A stretch of 59,393 nucleotides of DNA, the filler included, from Sphacelaria rigidula (taxonomy: Eukaryota): NCBI GenBank assembly GCA_964200075.2. It is 9 parts of 9 records of this genome, joined end to end, with 100 filler letters (N's around TTAATTAATTAA, not from the genome) between each part and the next. Parts side by side here need not be neighbours in the genome. Positions count along the whole stretch, not along the records: positions 46,274 to 52,783 come from CAXNAA020019639.1; positions 52,884 to 59,393 come from CAXNAA020019640.1; 7 more parts are not named here. One strand, given 5' to 3'. The notes under the pieces were generated by a model. That model made no database searches. It was given only the letters and a program-made list of their open reading frames with translations, and was not told the DNA's origin. Positions 47,202-59,393 of the stretch are shown piece by piece; positions within the stretch are counted from its first letter, which is position 1, and every line of letters starts with the position of its first letter. The translations under genes were made by a program, and so were the position numbers.

Positions 47202-47970
47202 GGAATTCCACAGCTTTTCTTCGCGGTTCTACTTTTTTTGTTTGCTTTTCTTGGATTACCAGGATGGTTTAGCTTGGACTACTTACTTAGCGGACTGTAT
47301 CAATGGTTTCCTTTTTGTGTATGTAGCGTAACGACGGCTGCATTATGAGCATACTTTGTTTTTGCTTCGCCTTCCTTCTTTTCTTCGGACGGTCGGGACA
47401 TCGGTAATGATACTTGTCAGCGTGCATGTTCAACATTCTCTGTAGAAAGCTTCCATCACGGGGGCGCGCTTCGTAGCATTCATCGATATAGGCTTCCATC
47501 GCGGGGGCGTAATAGAACAACAGATTTGTTACTGGTCTCTTATTTCGATAGTCGCTCATATCGGGTAAATAGCAGTACAACCTCCGCATCCTCAGAGGAT
47601 TGCAACTGTTCTAAGATTGTTAGCGGAGCTTCCGTCTCTGTCGGGTTAATGTAAAGTTCTAGGATTCTCATTACTTTGCTCTAGAGTTATGTCGGGTGAA
47701 TGTAAAGTCGTAGGATTATCATAAGTAAGAATATTCTCATAAGTAAGAACTTAGGCGTAGCGCATTGATCCGAGGGTACTTGTGGGTTGCCCTCACTGCC
47801 TCTCACTCTCTTTTTCTTCTTCACTCTCTTCACTGAAATTCTCGGCAACATAAGCGCCAATTTCCAACATCAGTCTTTTCGACAAGCAAGTGTGCTTTAC
47901 CGCCACTTCGTGCTGGCTCTGTGCATCTCTTTGAGATATCACGCCACATCAAGAACTACCTAGTTCTTTC

Positions 47971-48067
47971 ACCTTTGACCGCGGGGGTTGGCGATATGTT
48001 GAATCAGCATAATTTCGGGTGTGAATGATGCCGAGTCAACAGATCGCCTACCCTCACGGTCAAAGGG
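47971..48067. mobile_element. 98-bp-class piggyBac-like MITE, copy 5 (fully palindromic variant)
   Basis: CCTTTGACCGCGGGGGTTGGCGATATGTTGAATCAGCAT...ATGCCGAGTCAACAGATCGCCTACCCTCACGGTCAAAGGG|TTAA. Confidence 0.75.
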
Positions 48068-48409
48068 TTAAGTAGTAATATTGTACGTGTGTTCACTTCT
48101 TCCTCCACATCATTCGCCTGCTTCGGAGAATCGAGATCTACGGCATTGTTTCCGATTGACGCGCCGCTAGAGCTGCTGCCCCCGGCGGTCGCCATGTAGG
48201 GCGGGTTGTGTGTGTCTGTGGTTGTGTGTGGGTCTGGTGGCTACAGTGCGGATGGCTTCTGATGCGGTCATGTTGATATTTATACGAAGCGGATCCATCG
48301 CTGCACAAAATGGAACAAAAGTGTATACAAATGTAACCGTTTTCACGTATGAACTTGCATGAGCGTCTCAGCAGAACAACTCCACAGTCGGCACAGCTCC
48401 CGTAGCCGT

Positions 48410-49025
48410 TTAGCTCAACCAAGACAAACATGCGTAGCTCATGTGGCTCTCATAGCTCAACCTGGTAAACATGCGCAGCTGATGCAGCTCCATGGCTTAC
48501 CCAGGGCAAAAATGCAAGGATGATCTACGTCCGGTAGTTCACCCAGGGCAATTATGCGTAGCTCAACTAGCTCTCATAGATCATCGAGAGTAAGCATGTG
48601 TACCCTAGCTCACGTAGCTCTCAAAGCTCATCCAGGACAAACATGTGTAGCTCATGCAGCTCTCATAGCTCACCCACGGCGAATATGAGCTGATGAGCTA
48701 CGGCTTGGTAGCTCACCTAGAGGTCAAACATACGTAGCTCATGCAGCTCTCATAGCTCACCCACAGTGAATATGAGCTGATGAGCTACGGCTTGGTAGCT
48801 CACCTAGAGGTCAAACATACGTAGCTCATGCAGCTCTCATAGTTCACTCGGAGCGAATATGAGCAGATGAGCTACGGCTTGGTAGCTCACCTAGGGCAAA
48901 CATGCGTAGCTCATGTTGCTCTCATAGCTCACCCAGGAATAACATGCGTAGCTCATGTAGCTCCCAGAGCTCACAAGGAAGCTACGCTTAAAAAGAGCTA
49001 GCTCGAGCTACAGGGAGCTGATCTG
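48410..49025. repeat. TAGCTC-rich tandem array with 87-bp higher-order units
   Basis: Degenerate ~40-bp units; near-identical 87-bp units start at 48647, 48734 and 48821. Confidence 0.85.
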
Positions 49026-49049
49026 TCCTACGTGTGAAGTGTTTGCCAT

Positions 49050-49710
49050 GACAATGACTATATCGCGAATCAAGTGGTGCGGGTGATGTTCAAACCGTGG
49101 ACGGCACACATGGCGGCGGCCAAACACCACAGCGCTCCGGAGTAATGGTGTGATAGCCCCGCCCACAACCAAGTCGACTTTCATCACATTGGTTTACTTG
49201 TGGAATATGCCTCTCCTCAAATCAGCCATTTTTCTGGGAGGGGGGGCTGTCGCAGCATCACTCCACGTAAAAAGGGGGTCGTTCAAGTTAACGACGTTCT
49301 CCGAGGAAAGTCGCGCGGTAAGAACTCAGACAACGGTAAATTGACCTCGTCATACCTCGTCCATCAAGGTGGGGCCGCAAGGACTGGCGGCGAAATCGAC
49401 CATGGAAGCAGCCATGTGTTGCTCTAACATAATACGTGACTGGGGTTTGGTACGCGCAAAGACTCCGTTCCCATCTACATCAAAAACACCTCAACTCTTG
49501 ACGTCGCCGGCATCCCAACTTGCAGCTCGCTGGTCAAGCACGTAGCTCTACGGTAGGTAGGTACTCCTTCGCCCGACTGGTCAAGAAGGGAAACATCAAC
49601 GTTCGTTCCGTCAAGTCCGGGGACAAAATTGCCGATGTGGGGACCAAGTACCTCAGCAAACATAGATACAGCTAACTCGTGAAGCTAACAAACGTGTTTT
49701 AAAGCCTTAT
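49050..49710 (+). pseudogene. Highly decayed Ty1/copia RT-RNase H remnant (second family)
   Basis: NQVVRVMFKPWTAHMAAAKH, KRGSFKLTTFSE, NSDNGKLTSSY, KVGPQGLAAKSTMEA, VPIYIKNTSTL, KHVALR, IADVGTKYLSKHR across frameshifts. Confidence 0.8.
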
Positions 49711-52015
49711 GCCAGTTTAGGTCCAGCACCTACCTGTTCTTGTTTTGTTTTCATCTCAGTGATGTATAATGATTTCTGTATTAACCTCTTATACCCTTCA
49801 CCCACCCAACATCAACCGTGCAAACTCCACGCGAGCTGCACCCACACCGCCGAAATATGTAGAAGGCGGGTGCAAGACATGAAGTGCCGCTGTTGGGCGC
49901 ACAGAACACATCGCCTCCTATGCGTCACATCTGGTCATGGCACAAAATCTGTCCGCTCTGTACCTTTGATATACCGCCAATCTGTGCCGTGATGTACCCG
50001 AATTAATCCAAGTGCATGTGCGCTAGGGTTCAGGTCGGCAATATTCTAATAGCCCCCATTGTCGACGCTTAGCTCTTGTCATATCATCACGCAGAAACAA
50101 TCTTAGTTATATCCCATAAAAATCAAACAACTCTCGCAACACATATGCCGTAAGGCTCGAAAGACTCAGCAATGAAAAAAACCAAAATCGTCAAGAAAAA
50201 TTACCTCCTACATTATATGCCCCACTAATCCTACATTACTTTCCAATTTTTCGGGAGCATAACCCATCAAATCTTGACACAAACGGATACCCTGAAATCC
50301 AAGTCCATAAATCAAATCAACCAAAAGGAACCCGTCATATGCCATGGTCCATCTCAAGGTTCATGTTGTCAAATCCACCGACCCTCTGACCTCCTCCGTG
50401 ACCACAGCACTTCGTTGGAAACACTTGAGTTTTACGTCAAAACTGAAACCCAGATGAAAGGAAGAATTCAAACTATGTTGGCATCTCGGTGATACTAAAA
50501 ACTAAGACTGAATCACGACAATCAAACTCGAATCGAACAATGGTAAAATATACGATACAGAACAGAATGTCATACCGCGATCTCCACGTGAGACTGTGAT
50601 GAAGCTCAGAGGCGTTGCAAGATATACTCTGTGCGGGTCTGCTCGTACACCCTGGATTCTGTGACTCGTTGTTACCGCATTTGCTACTGTCATAAGTTAG
50701 GGTTGTTCAGCCGCGGCCCCAGGCCACGGCGCCCCATCTAATCAGTTACCTGCTTGCCTTGGTCTCTACCCTGGGCCATCACTACGCTCTGTTCCTATGG
50801 CTGCCCTGCTGCTGTATTGAGTAAGAGAGGCTTGTAGACAAAACATGATGCTAAGCAAACACGTGAGTTCCTTATCAAGAGTCTGAACATGAATGAATCT
50901 ACTTTGTGATAAGTCAAGGAATGATAGCTAGGTCTGTGTGAGTTTGCTCACGTGGGAGCTTGGTGGGTTGGCACCATGGTATCTCCCTGGCACTCATACT
51001 GAGAGACCCCAGCCACTGCATTAGCTACTCCCTCCATATGACAATTGGCGTCGATAAACGGACCTTGTTCTGCTTGGTTGGGAAGTCTTTGTGTTGCTTG
51101 GCGTTGTGTCTTCCTGTAGCTGTAGCGAGTAACTTGTTTTTATTTTTCTGCGTATTGTTTCACTTGTATTTAGTGGGGCGCCCTTGGTCTATTCTGACTG
51201 TCGTGGACCTCAGCCCACTCTGGGCTCGGTTGCATTGTACAACTGAAGTGAAGACTGCTGTGCTTTGCCCCTGCTTCGCGTATTAATGATACGAATCTAC
51301 TCCTTCGTTGGTACACTGCTCGTAGCTGCTGAGCGATTTGCTGTAGCTGCCCTTGATCCTGTTCCCGCTTGTTTCTATCCGCGTGAGTGCCATTGTGACG
51401 CACTTTGTTGGTTTCCCGACCACGCGTCGATTTGGCCGGAACTGCAATCAACTTCCGCCTTGTGCATGTAGACAACCGTAACTCTGTCTCACTACAGTGT
51501 GTCCACTCTGCCTTCAAACAAGTATCGCACGTGCCACTGTGCCATGTGCAAACTGTGTGCCCGCCGATGTATTACATTGGTGGTGGTTGATAGCTGGTTT
51601 TGATGGCTCATGCTGCAGTAGCACACGGTTGATTTGCCTTGTGCCGAATTAAAACGCCCCCCCCTGTACCTCGGCGAGCACCCCAAATATCAGTAGATGC
51701 GCAACCCCCCCCTCCCCCCCCGGGCGCCTTTTTGTGTGCTGCGGTACCCCACCGCGCAGCATGGTTCTAAGGTGTGGGAAGCTGAACCGTCAGTCGTGGA
51801 GACTGTAGCTTCCTCCTGTGACAACACACGCATGTAATACCGGCCGTCGCGTTGTTGACATTGGCACAATTGATTCGAGTCTACCGTGTTTGATTTCCGC
51901 CATTCTGGGACAACGCCGCCTGACCAATTTCCTTGTCATGGTGTATGTTTTTGTTTTCCATCAACGGTACTATGAGTTGAGCCTCTTTTCAGGACTCGCC
52001 TGATAATTGACGAAT

Positions 52016-52288
52016 TGTGGTTTTAGCGACAAAATTTGCCTTCGGATATAAGCCCACGAGTTTTGCGTGACCACCCCCTCGATGTTTGCTCACATCACTT
52101 CAGTCAGGCCTGATTGACCTTTTTCTGTATTCACAGATGACTCCCGTCGGGAGGACTGTGGTTTTAGCGGCAAAATTTGCCCTCGGATGGAAGCCCACAA
52201 GTTGAGCGTCACCACCCCACGATGTTTGAAATCACTTCAGTCCGGCCCGATTGTGCTTTTTTCTTGTAGTATCAGATGGTCCCCGTCC
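52016..52288 (+). repeat. ~140-bp diverged tandem duplication
   Basis: TGTGGTTTTAGCG.CAAAATTTGCC.TCGGAT..AAGCCCAC...ATCACTTCAGTC at ~52016 and ~52158. Confidence 0.85.
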
Positions 52289-52783
52289 CTTGTCGAGGAA
52301 GGAGAAATGGCTCCGTAACCGCGCATGGTTTTCCAGCGCACCACATCCCCCCCTAATCAGTGCAAAGTATAATCTTTTGCTGTACTGTGGAAATAATACT
52401 CGGGCTCGAACATTTTGCCTTGTAGAAGAGACGCCTCCGGACACAGCCCACGTGCCCGTTCCATATGCCGCTGCCAGGCTGCTTCCCAGCACCCCCCCGA
52501 TCCGGTCAGATATCAGATCGTAGCCCCCCAACACCGGTTGTATCGTAGGCCTACACTTGAGTCGCTACGACACACCGTCCGTATCCCTCGGCGATGCGGC
52601 GAGCGATGAGCTCACCTTGGTGGATTTCAGAACCCCTCCATCCGAGCTGGTCAGATATCAGATCACAGCCCCCCCCCCCCTCCCCTTTGCTGCATTGTAG
52701 CCCCCCCACAGGTTTTGGTGCCGTGTTTCTTTGTGCTGAGTTCGCCTTCTTGGTGACTGTTTCTAGTACCCATAGTCATCTTT

Positions 52784-52883
52784 NNNNNNNNNNNNNNNNN
52801 NNNNNNNNNNNNNNNNNNNNNNNNNNNTTAATTAATTAANNNNNNNNNNNNNNNNNNNNNNNNNNNNNNNNNNNNNNNNNNNN
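52784..52883. other. Artificial contig spacer
   Basis: Same 100-bp linker. Confidence 0.98.
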
Positions 52884-52942
52884 TGTATGGGCATTTGTTT
52901 CGTGACGCTTTTAGCTGGTTTTGGGGGGGGCTATCGTAGAAA

Positions 52943-54670
52943 GTGTCGGTAATTCCAAGTGCTGGTGTACAGTCCGCTTCACATGCAAGCGTTGAAACTG
53001 CCCCTCCTCCAAGCGTTCGTGTCCAATCCGTTCCTCCGGTGAACGTGGTAACTTCAAGTGTTAGTGTACAGTCCGCTTCACCGGCAAGCATTGTAACTGC
53101 CCCTCCTCCAAGCGTTCGTGTCCAGTCCGTTCCTCCGGTGAACGTGGTAACTTCAAGTGTTGGTGTACAGTCCGCTTCACCGGCAAGCGTTGTAACTGCC
53201 CCTCCCCCAAGCGTCCGTGTCCAGTCCGTTCCTCCGGTGAACGTAGTAACTTCAAGTGTTGGTTTCAAGTCCGCTTCGCCTGAAAGCATTGTACCTGCTC
53301 CCACGAATGGTGTTGGTTCCCTCCGTGCAGTACAAGGGCTTCACTGTCCAGACTTGAGTGTGTTCAAGGATGAAGCCCTGATGGCTGGATTTGACATGAC
53401 CCCCCCCCCAAGATTTGTTTCCGCGTTTCCTGAGTGAAGGAATGGGAGTTGTGGCTGAGAATGGGATGACCCTTGCTGTTCTTGCCCCCAGCTCTCACCC
53501 ATTTTCAGTTGGAAAACCACAGCAAGAAGTCGACATTATCTTTTTCCAGGTCTCCCTCCCCCACATTCATGAGACGTTACTCCGAGAAACTGCAAAACAA
53601 CAGGGCCTTTCACAGACGGGGGTACTGGCGCTATGTGCTGGGTGTTTGGAAGCGAAGGGACAGAGAGTAGATATTCCGTGAAGCCTGGGCACGAGGGCAA
53701 CGACTGTACTTGGCAGGTTGCATCTCGACCTCACCAGTCCACACCCTCGTACTCTGGGCGCATCAACCCATATGCTGGGCTGCGTCGACAGCAAGTCGCG
53801 CTTCATGATGTTTATGGCCTCGCACGTAAGTCTGACACGCTGGCGAAGGTGAAACGTTTTATCGTCGACGTCAGCGCCATCGGTACCCCAGGTTGTTTTC
53901 GCATGGACAACGGGGGCGAGTTCACCTCCAACGATTTCGGTGCCTTCTGCGACGATGCAACGATTCGTCGTGAGTACACTGTCCCAGACACTCCGAAGCA
54001 CAACGCTGTGGTGAAAAATGCAATTTGGAGGGTCATGAAAAGGGGCCACGCCGCCCGTCTTGAAGCGCGACGTCTGTTCCCAGAGTGCCGCTTCGACGAC
54101 ATACCTCACCTGGGGAGAACATGGAGCGCCTGTGGCTGGGGGCCGCGGTGTGGGCAGCGGACGGGTTCAATCTTTCTGCTACTACGGCGAACCCGGGAAG
54201 ATTGTCGCCGTATGAAGTGGTCACCGGCAAGCGCCCGCCGCTACAGATTGTGCCGTTTCTTCAACCCGGCATGATGCGGGTCAACCGCCGAGGCAAGATG
54301 GGTGCTCAGTCCGTGGCCTGCCATTACCTCGATAATGGCAGAAACCATTTTTCATCGACGGTCAAGGTCCTGAAGGCTGCTACCGGTGCCGCCTGCTACA
54401 CCAACAACGTTGTCTGGACGGTACCACGTTTGCCACGACAATCATCGGCAACGCCGATCATCGGGGGGGAGGAAGGCCATCTCAGTCCCGTCGCTGCCGC
54501 CTCCGCGCCGACAGCAAAGCAGCATCACGGGACGCCGCTCGCCGGGGGGGGAAAGGTCCAAACGCCGCTGGTCGGGGGGGAGGAGGTTCATGGCAGCACC
54601 GCCGCCGCCGTCGCCACACCGCTGCTCCCGCCGACATATCACACAGTGGAGTTCGAGCCGCCTATTTTCA
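52943..54670 (+). pseudogene. Ty1/copia pol remnant: GAG-pre-integrase and integrase core, frameshifted
   Basis: HIHETLLRETAKQ...CAGCLEAKG (zinc-binding), FRMDNGGEFTS, REYTVPDTPKHNAVV, SATTANPGRLSPYE. Confidence 0.88.
52962..53300 (+). repeat. 99-bp (33-codon) tandem repeat x3 within the copia frame
   Basis: VQSASPASVVTAPPPSVRVQSVPPVNVVTSSVG repeated in frame. Confidence 0.95.
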
Positions 54671-54699
54671 GAGTAACAGATATGCATTCAGTGCGAGTT

Positions 54700-57600
54700 T
54701 CGATGGTTGGCCGCTCTCTTGGGATGATATTCATTTGACTTTAACAACGGCATTCATTACAGATGATCCCCATTTGCGGAACCCACTTCTTTCGTCTCTT
54801 GCTAGACGCAATGCATTCAGCAGTCATACCAACAGTTGAATCAGCTGTAGTATTCAAGGCCACAATATGCGCGACTGTGACAGTCCATGCACTAATGCCT
54901 TCGATTTCATGAACCCTGAATCGCAGGACAATGAACCCGCGTGGCGCCGATGGCAAAAACGCATGCGCGACTATCGCCCACCAAATCGAAATTATCGTAA
55001 TAATTCGAATCAACGTGGCAACAAGAGCTCTAATCGCGGTCGCCGACAAAACAACAATAATGCAAGCCCTCGCCAGAACGATCAGAATTCCCGCGACAAC
55101 AATCGGTCCGCTGAGAGACACCAGCGGACGGGACCGACACAAACCCAAATCCCAACAGCTGAAACCCTGGTATCTTCACTACCGATCGCCTAGATCCATG
55201 CCGTGCCGACGCCGGCGTTCTAAGGACTTCCGCGCCGCCGAGAGCTCTAGCGAAGAATTTTTCAATACAGCCCGCTGAGTCCGTGGCTAAGATTGCTCAC
55301 CCGCCTTCCCCGGCATTATCCAGGAGCGCAACTGACGGCCGTTCATATCAACCCCCGTCTCCAACCTCCACACACTTTTCAACCCAGCCCGCAGAGCCCG
55401 CGACTAAGATTGCTCGCCCGGCTCTCCCGGCACAATGCAGGAGCGCAACTGACAGCCGTTCATATCAACCCCCGCCTTCACCCCTCCACACACCGCGTAA
55501 CAGTTGTGTCACCCCGCGACTCAGACCTATATTCGGCCCTGAAGTTGGTCCTTCACTGTCGAGTATAAGTCTGAGGTGTGGGAGGACCAGCCGACAGTCC
55601 CTGAGGCAAAGGCTTCCCTCAGCGACCGCACGCACAGGTAGTAGCAAGCCTTTTTCAGCTGACCCAAGTGTTGCTGATTTGAACTTGACCACATCGGATA
55701 ATGTGATTCCCAATCAGCTAGATCGAGCTCCCCGCGAATTTCAACACGAACGGAACTACCTTTGGCCGGTTCTAATAACAACCGGCCCAAAACACCTTCG
55801 GCTATGACCGCCCAGCCAAGCTTGCCGACGGAAAGCAGCCCACAAGTTTCGCTCGATCATGCCCCGATGCTGACCCCATTCACCCGACCGGACACAGTTG
55901 TGGTTTCATCCCAAAATGTGTTGGAAGTTCCCCGACCTTTGTCACGGCGAAAAAGAAAACCCGTAGGCATGCCTCCCAGGCGCGCGCGCATCATCACGTA
56001 CACCTCGCTCGAGAGGAAATCCTCGACCTCTATCAAGTATCACGAAAGAAACAAAATCAGATATTTCTGGCGGCACTACTTCTTCAATCGACGACTCCAG
56101 CCCCGCACAATCTGAATCCCCCTTGGATGGTAATCCCTGTCAACCACCGACGGTCATTTACGAAATCGCTAATGGTCACTATGACCGTGCCACACCTGGA
56201 GGTAATATACCGCCCACCCCATTCTCGGGTGAGAAATCTGACCCACCGGCGGATCACCCGCCGTCCGTTTTTACGGTCAGCTCCGCTGATCCTGACCAAT
56301 TTACCTTGCCGGAACACGATCCGGATCTTGTCGGCGGTGAAGTTTTTGTGGATATAGCCACTTTCACTACACCATTGCGATCCACTCTGGTCCAAACGCC
56401 ACCACACCTACGAAATGCGTATCCGTGTTGGACAGCATCAGCCCGCACATATTTATTCGAGACTCAAGATGGAAACACATGAAACAGACTGGCGCTGATA
56501 CTGCAGATTGCGAAACCACCACCCAACCTCGAGTATGGGGCGGTTCCAGCAATTCTGCCGCACCCCTCATGACACGAAATCCGTACGTCTCAGTGTGCAA
56601 TTATTTCACAACAGCACTCGTTCTGCCAGCCTGGCAGTCTGGGCATACATTGTCCCCGACAGCACAATGAACCACGCCACATTATTTGGGCAGAGATAGC
56701 TATATGCGGTAAAATAAACGAACCTACCGCACGCTTCCACCACCATCGCCACATTCCACGCCTCGTGCAGAATTTAACCTTGAACACTTTGACACACTCC
56801 CCGGCGCCCTGGCCTACCAGAAAAATACGCAAACAACCGGGGCTGCTTACCACCTACGATACAACGGTAGCGTTGGTATTACACACTCCGACGATCCTCA
56901 ACTTCTAGAAGTCGCACTAGTTCGCCGAAATGGCATGCCAGCACTTACGGGCCATTATCTTGCCGAACGTTTACCCCGTATTGGCGCACCAGCCTACACA
57001 GAACATGTTGTCTCGGCGGAACAACGACTCCTCCCTCTTACGGGTCATGCTAACTTGGAACCCGGCGATAGTTTAGGAATCGCAGCTGCTCCCCTGATGC
57101 ACATCCCACTCGAGACGTGCGTAACAGAGCCTGCCGCGCCAAATGCCAGATCTCCGACGGAATCAGGCCATTGTGTCGACAAACCTTGTTTCGACCTCGC
57201 CACTGCGACTCCACCCCAGGTCCACACCGTGGATCCTGCCCTGTCAAATTCCGATCCTCCTGCTGAAGTGCATCAACGCTCATCATCAGATTCTCGGAAT
57301 AGTTTCTTGCAAGTGTGGCATCAACTGCCGCCACACATGCGCGACATCAATTTTGACCTTCATGGATGGGCCCGGCTGGGAACCGGCAGTCATCCGATAA
57401 CTCAGTGATGTCCTGCTACAGTACCAAGACCGATTTTTCCGATCCAAGACGGATCTTGGGTACTACAAAACGCTGCCCTTTGAGTTTACCCTCCAACCCG
57501 GCGTCTCGTCGATCTCTTCTCGACCATACCGAACAAACCCACTCCTTACCAAAAAGGTTAACGCCATCTTGGATCCGTATTTGGGAGCGGGACTGATACA

Positions 57601-59270
57601 ACATTCCTCCTCCCCTTGGGCCTCACCACTTGTGGTCGTCCCCCAGAAGGATGGAAGCATACGCACAACCGCGAATTATCAACGGTTGAACCGCGTCACT
57701 GTGGTCGGTAAACTTTCAGTTCCCCGCATTGATGAAGTCTTCGACTCCTTAGGCGAAGGAACAATATTCAGCACCTTCGACCTCGCTTCTGGATTGTCTC
57801 AGATTGCTATACACCCTGACACAGTCCCATCGATGGCCTTTTGTACCTCGTCCGGGCTATACGAGTGGCTTCGAATGCCACAAGGCGCCGCCACTTCACC
57901 GGGATGCTTTCAACGCTTAATGCAACGCGTCACCGACGGCCTCGAGCACATCATCATGTACCTAGATGACCCTATCGCTATGGATGCCTCACCTATGGCA
58001 CATATCCACACTCTACGAGAATTTCTCTTCCGCCGATGCACACACGATTTGAAACTGTCTCGATCCAAAGCTCGCCTTGGTGCGACTGACTCGGATACAA
58101 ATAATCACCCGGACCATTAAACACGTTCGATAATATCTGTTTCACGTGCCCTTCGAAATTTATGCGGATCATGGAGCACTCGAACAACTCGCCAAGGTTG
58201 ACGAACACAACCCGCGTGTACAACGATGTTTAGAGCTTCTAACAGTACACCATTATACCATTAAGCAGTATACCAGTATACCATTAAGCACCGTCCAGGC
58301 AAAACCATGGAGAACGCTGATCTTCTTTCTCGACTACCCCTGCCTCCTACGGTAGCTGATTCCAGCCCGGCTTGCCGTTTAACGGAACCCGATGAATCTG
58401 GAATTTACGCGATTAGACGTTTTCCAACGCCCGTTTACGCCCTCGACCTCCAGTGCCTAGAAACTGGTATGCATATTGGAGGACCTGACCCTCTACCATA
58501 TGACGCCGTTTCGGGTGAGTTAGCACCCACTACCCCTGATTTTGTCGATTTCCGCACTTTCGGTGCTCGCGCTAAGTTCTTCACGGGGGCGCCTTCGGTC
58601 ACCCTCCTAACCTCCGATAACACGCGCTCTCGGTTTGCCGCCCGCACTTACCCCCCAACCGCCTACCGACAACACCTGCAAATTTCACGAGCCACGCAGC
58701 ACCGGTCCCACGGACCAGCACGCAACGCTCCGCGAAACTCCTGCACCACGCGCCGCGGACAATCTTCGCCGCGCACTGATGCAGCCCCGCCGCCTATAAC
58801 GGCACCACCAACATCTACCGCTCCCGAGCATGGAGCTGACGACGTAGCTCCTGCTCCCGGGGCAGATACTTACGTCGGCATTTCTGCCCCGTCGCCTATT
58901 CCCCCGCTGTCTACCCCACCATGTTGGTCGCCTAGCCAGCGGAAGGTCAACTACGCGAGTTTCTCGCCAGCTATTCTCACCGCGATTGGGCTCGCGAACA
59001 AAACGCGGAACCGCTATGTCACGCAGTCATCCGGTACTTACAACTCGACTGTTCAGTCTCTTTTCCATCCGCCCTTCTGGCCCCCGTTAGCACACTGACA
59101 CCACTAGTTACTCCTGACGTATACGAGCTCGTGCGTAAAGGCACTCTTTTTACCAGAGATGAAGGTGTACAACTACTCGTGCGTCACCCCACGCCCTTGA
59201 CAGGCGCAATTTCCGTCTCAACCACGGGATGCACGCACGAATACTCAATGACGAACCAACGCGCATATAT
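54700..59270 (+). pseudogene. Ty3/gypsy gag-pol remnant (zinc knuckle, protease, RT, partial RNase H)
   Basis: *ISCSIQGHNMRDC (CCHC with first Cys as TGA, ~54837-54878); VLDSISP protease-like motif (~56425); SPWASPLVVV..KDG, FSTFDLASG, EWLRMPQG, MYLDD; FEIYADHGAL, NADLLSRLP; many frameshifts. Confidence 0.9.
55268..55485 (+). repeat. 117-bp tandem duplication
   Basis: CTAAGATTGCTC...CAGGAGCGCAACTGAC.GCCGTTCATATCAACCCCCG at 55287 and 55404. Confidence 0.85.
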
Positions 59271-59393
59271 GAGTCATCCTACGATAGGGGGGGGTATCTG
59301 GTTGCACGAAAAACGAGGCTCATAAGTGTGTCATACATCCTTCCACACTTGCGTTGCGCTTGCATTTGGTTCCAAACGGTGTCAGGCAGTATG

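Noticed and set aside
47607..47869. 3' LTR of the copia element (TGTT...AACA)
   Set aside because: No clear PPT directly upstream and no second LTR to confirm the boundaries
48410..49025. CRISPR-like array
   Set aside because: The intervening sequences are themselves repeated; no unique spacers
6512..52883. Regular ~6.6-kb periodicity of TTAATTAATTAA and ORFs ending in X...LIN
   Set aside because: Concatenation artefact of length-sorted contigs

Overview
This is not one locus. It is nine unrelated contigs of 6510-6511 bp joined by artificial 100-bp spacers (44 N + TTAATTAATTAA + 44 N), so nothing can be inferred across spacers. The DNA is repeat-rich and eukaryotic, most likely a stramenopile such as a brown alga (inference from repeat and retroelement styles). 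Recognisable host coding sequence: an intact intronless NOL9/Grc3 polynucleotide kinase, one exon of an LSMT/SETD3-type SET methyltransferase, and an orphan Cys-rich ORF with a signal peptide. The rest is mostly mobile DNA: Ty1/copia and Ty3/gypsy remnants (one with a chromodomain), a CRE-like non-LTR RT remnant, a Sailor-like IS630/Tc1 transposase whose two halves point in opposite directions, two tRNA-derived SINE families, several MITE families and several long foldback palindromes. No CRISPR array, rRNA or bona fide tRNA gene was found. I cannot claim a new biological system. The best leads are the orphan secreted Cys-rich protein, a 98-bp TTAA-flanked MITE inserted twice independently into the same host MITE family, a gag-like/repeat/transmembrane reading frame in LTR context, and the foldbacks.
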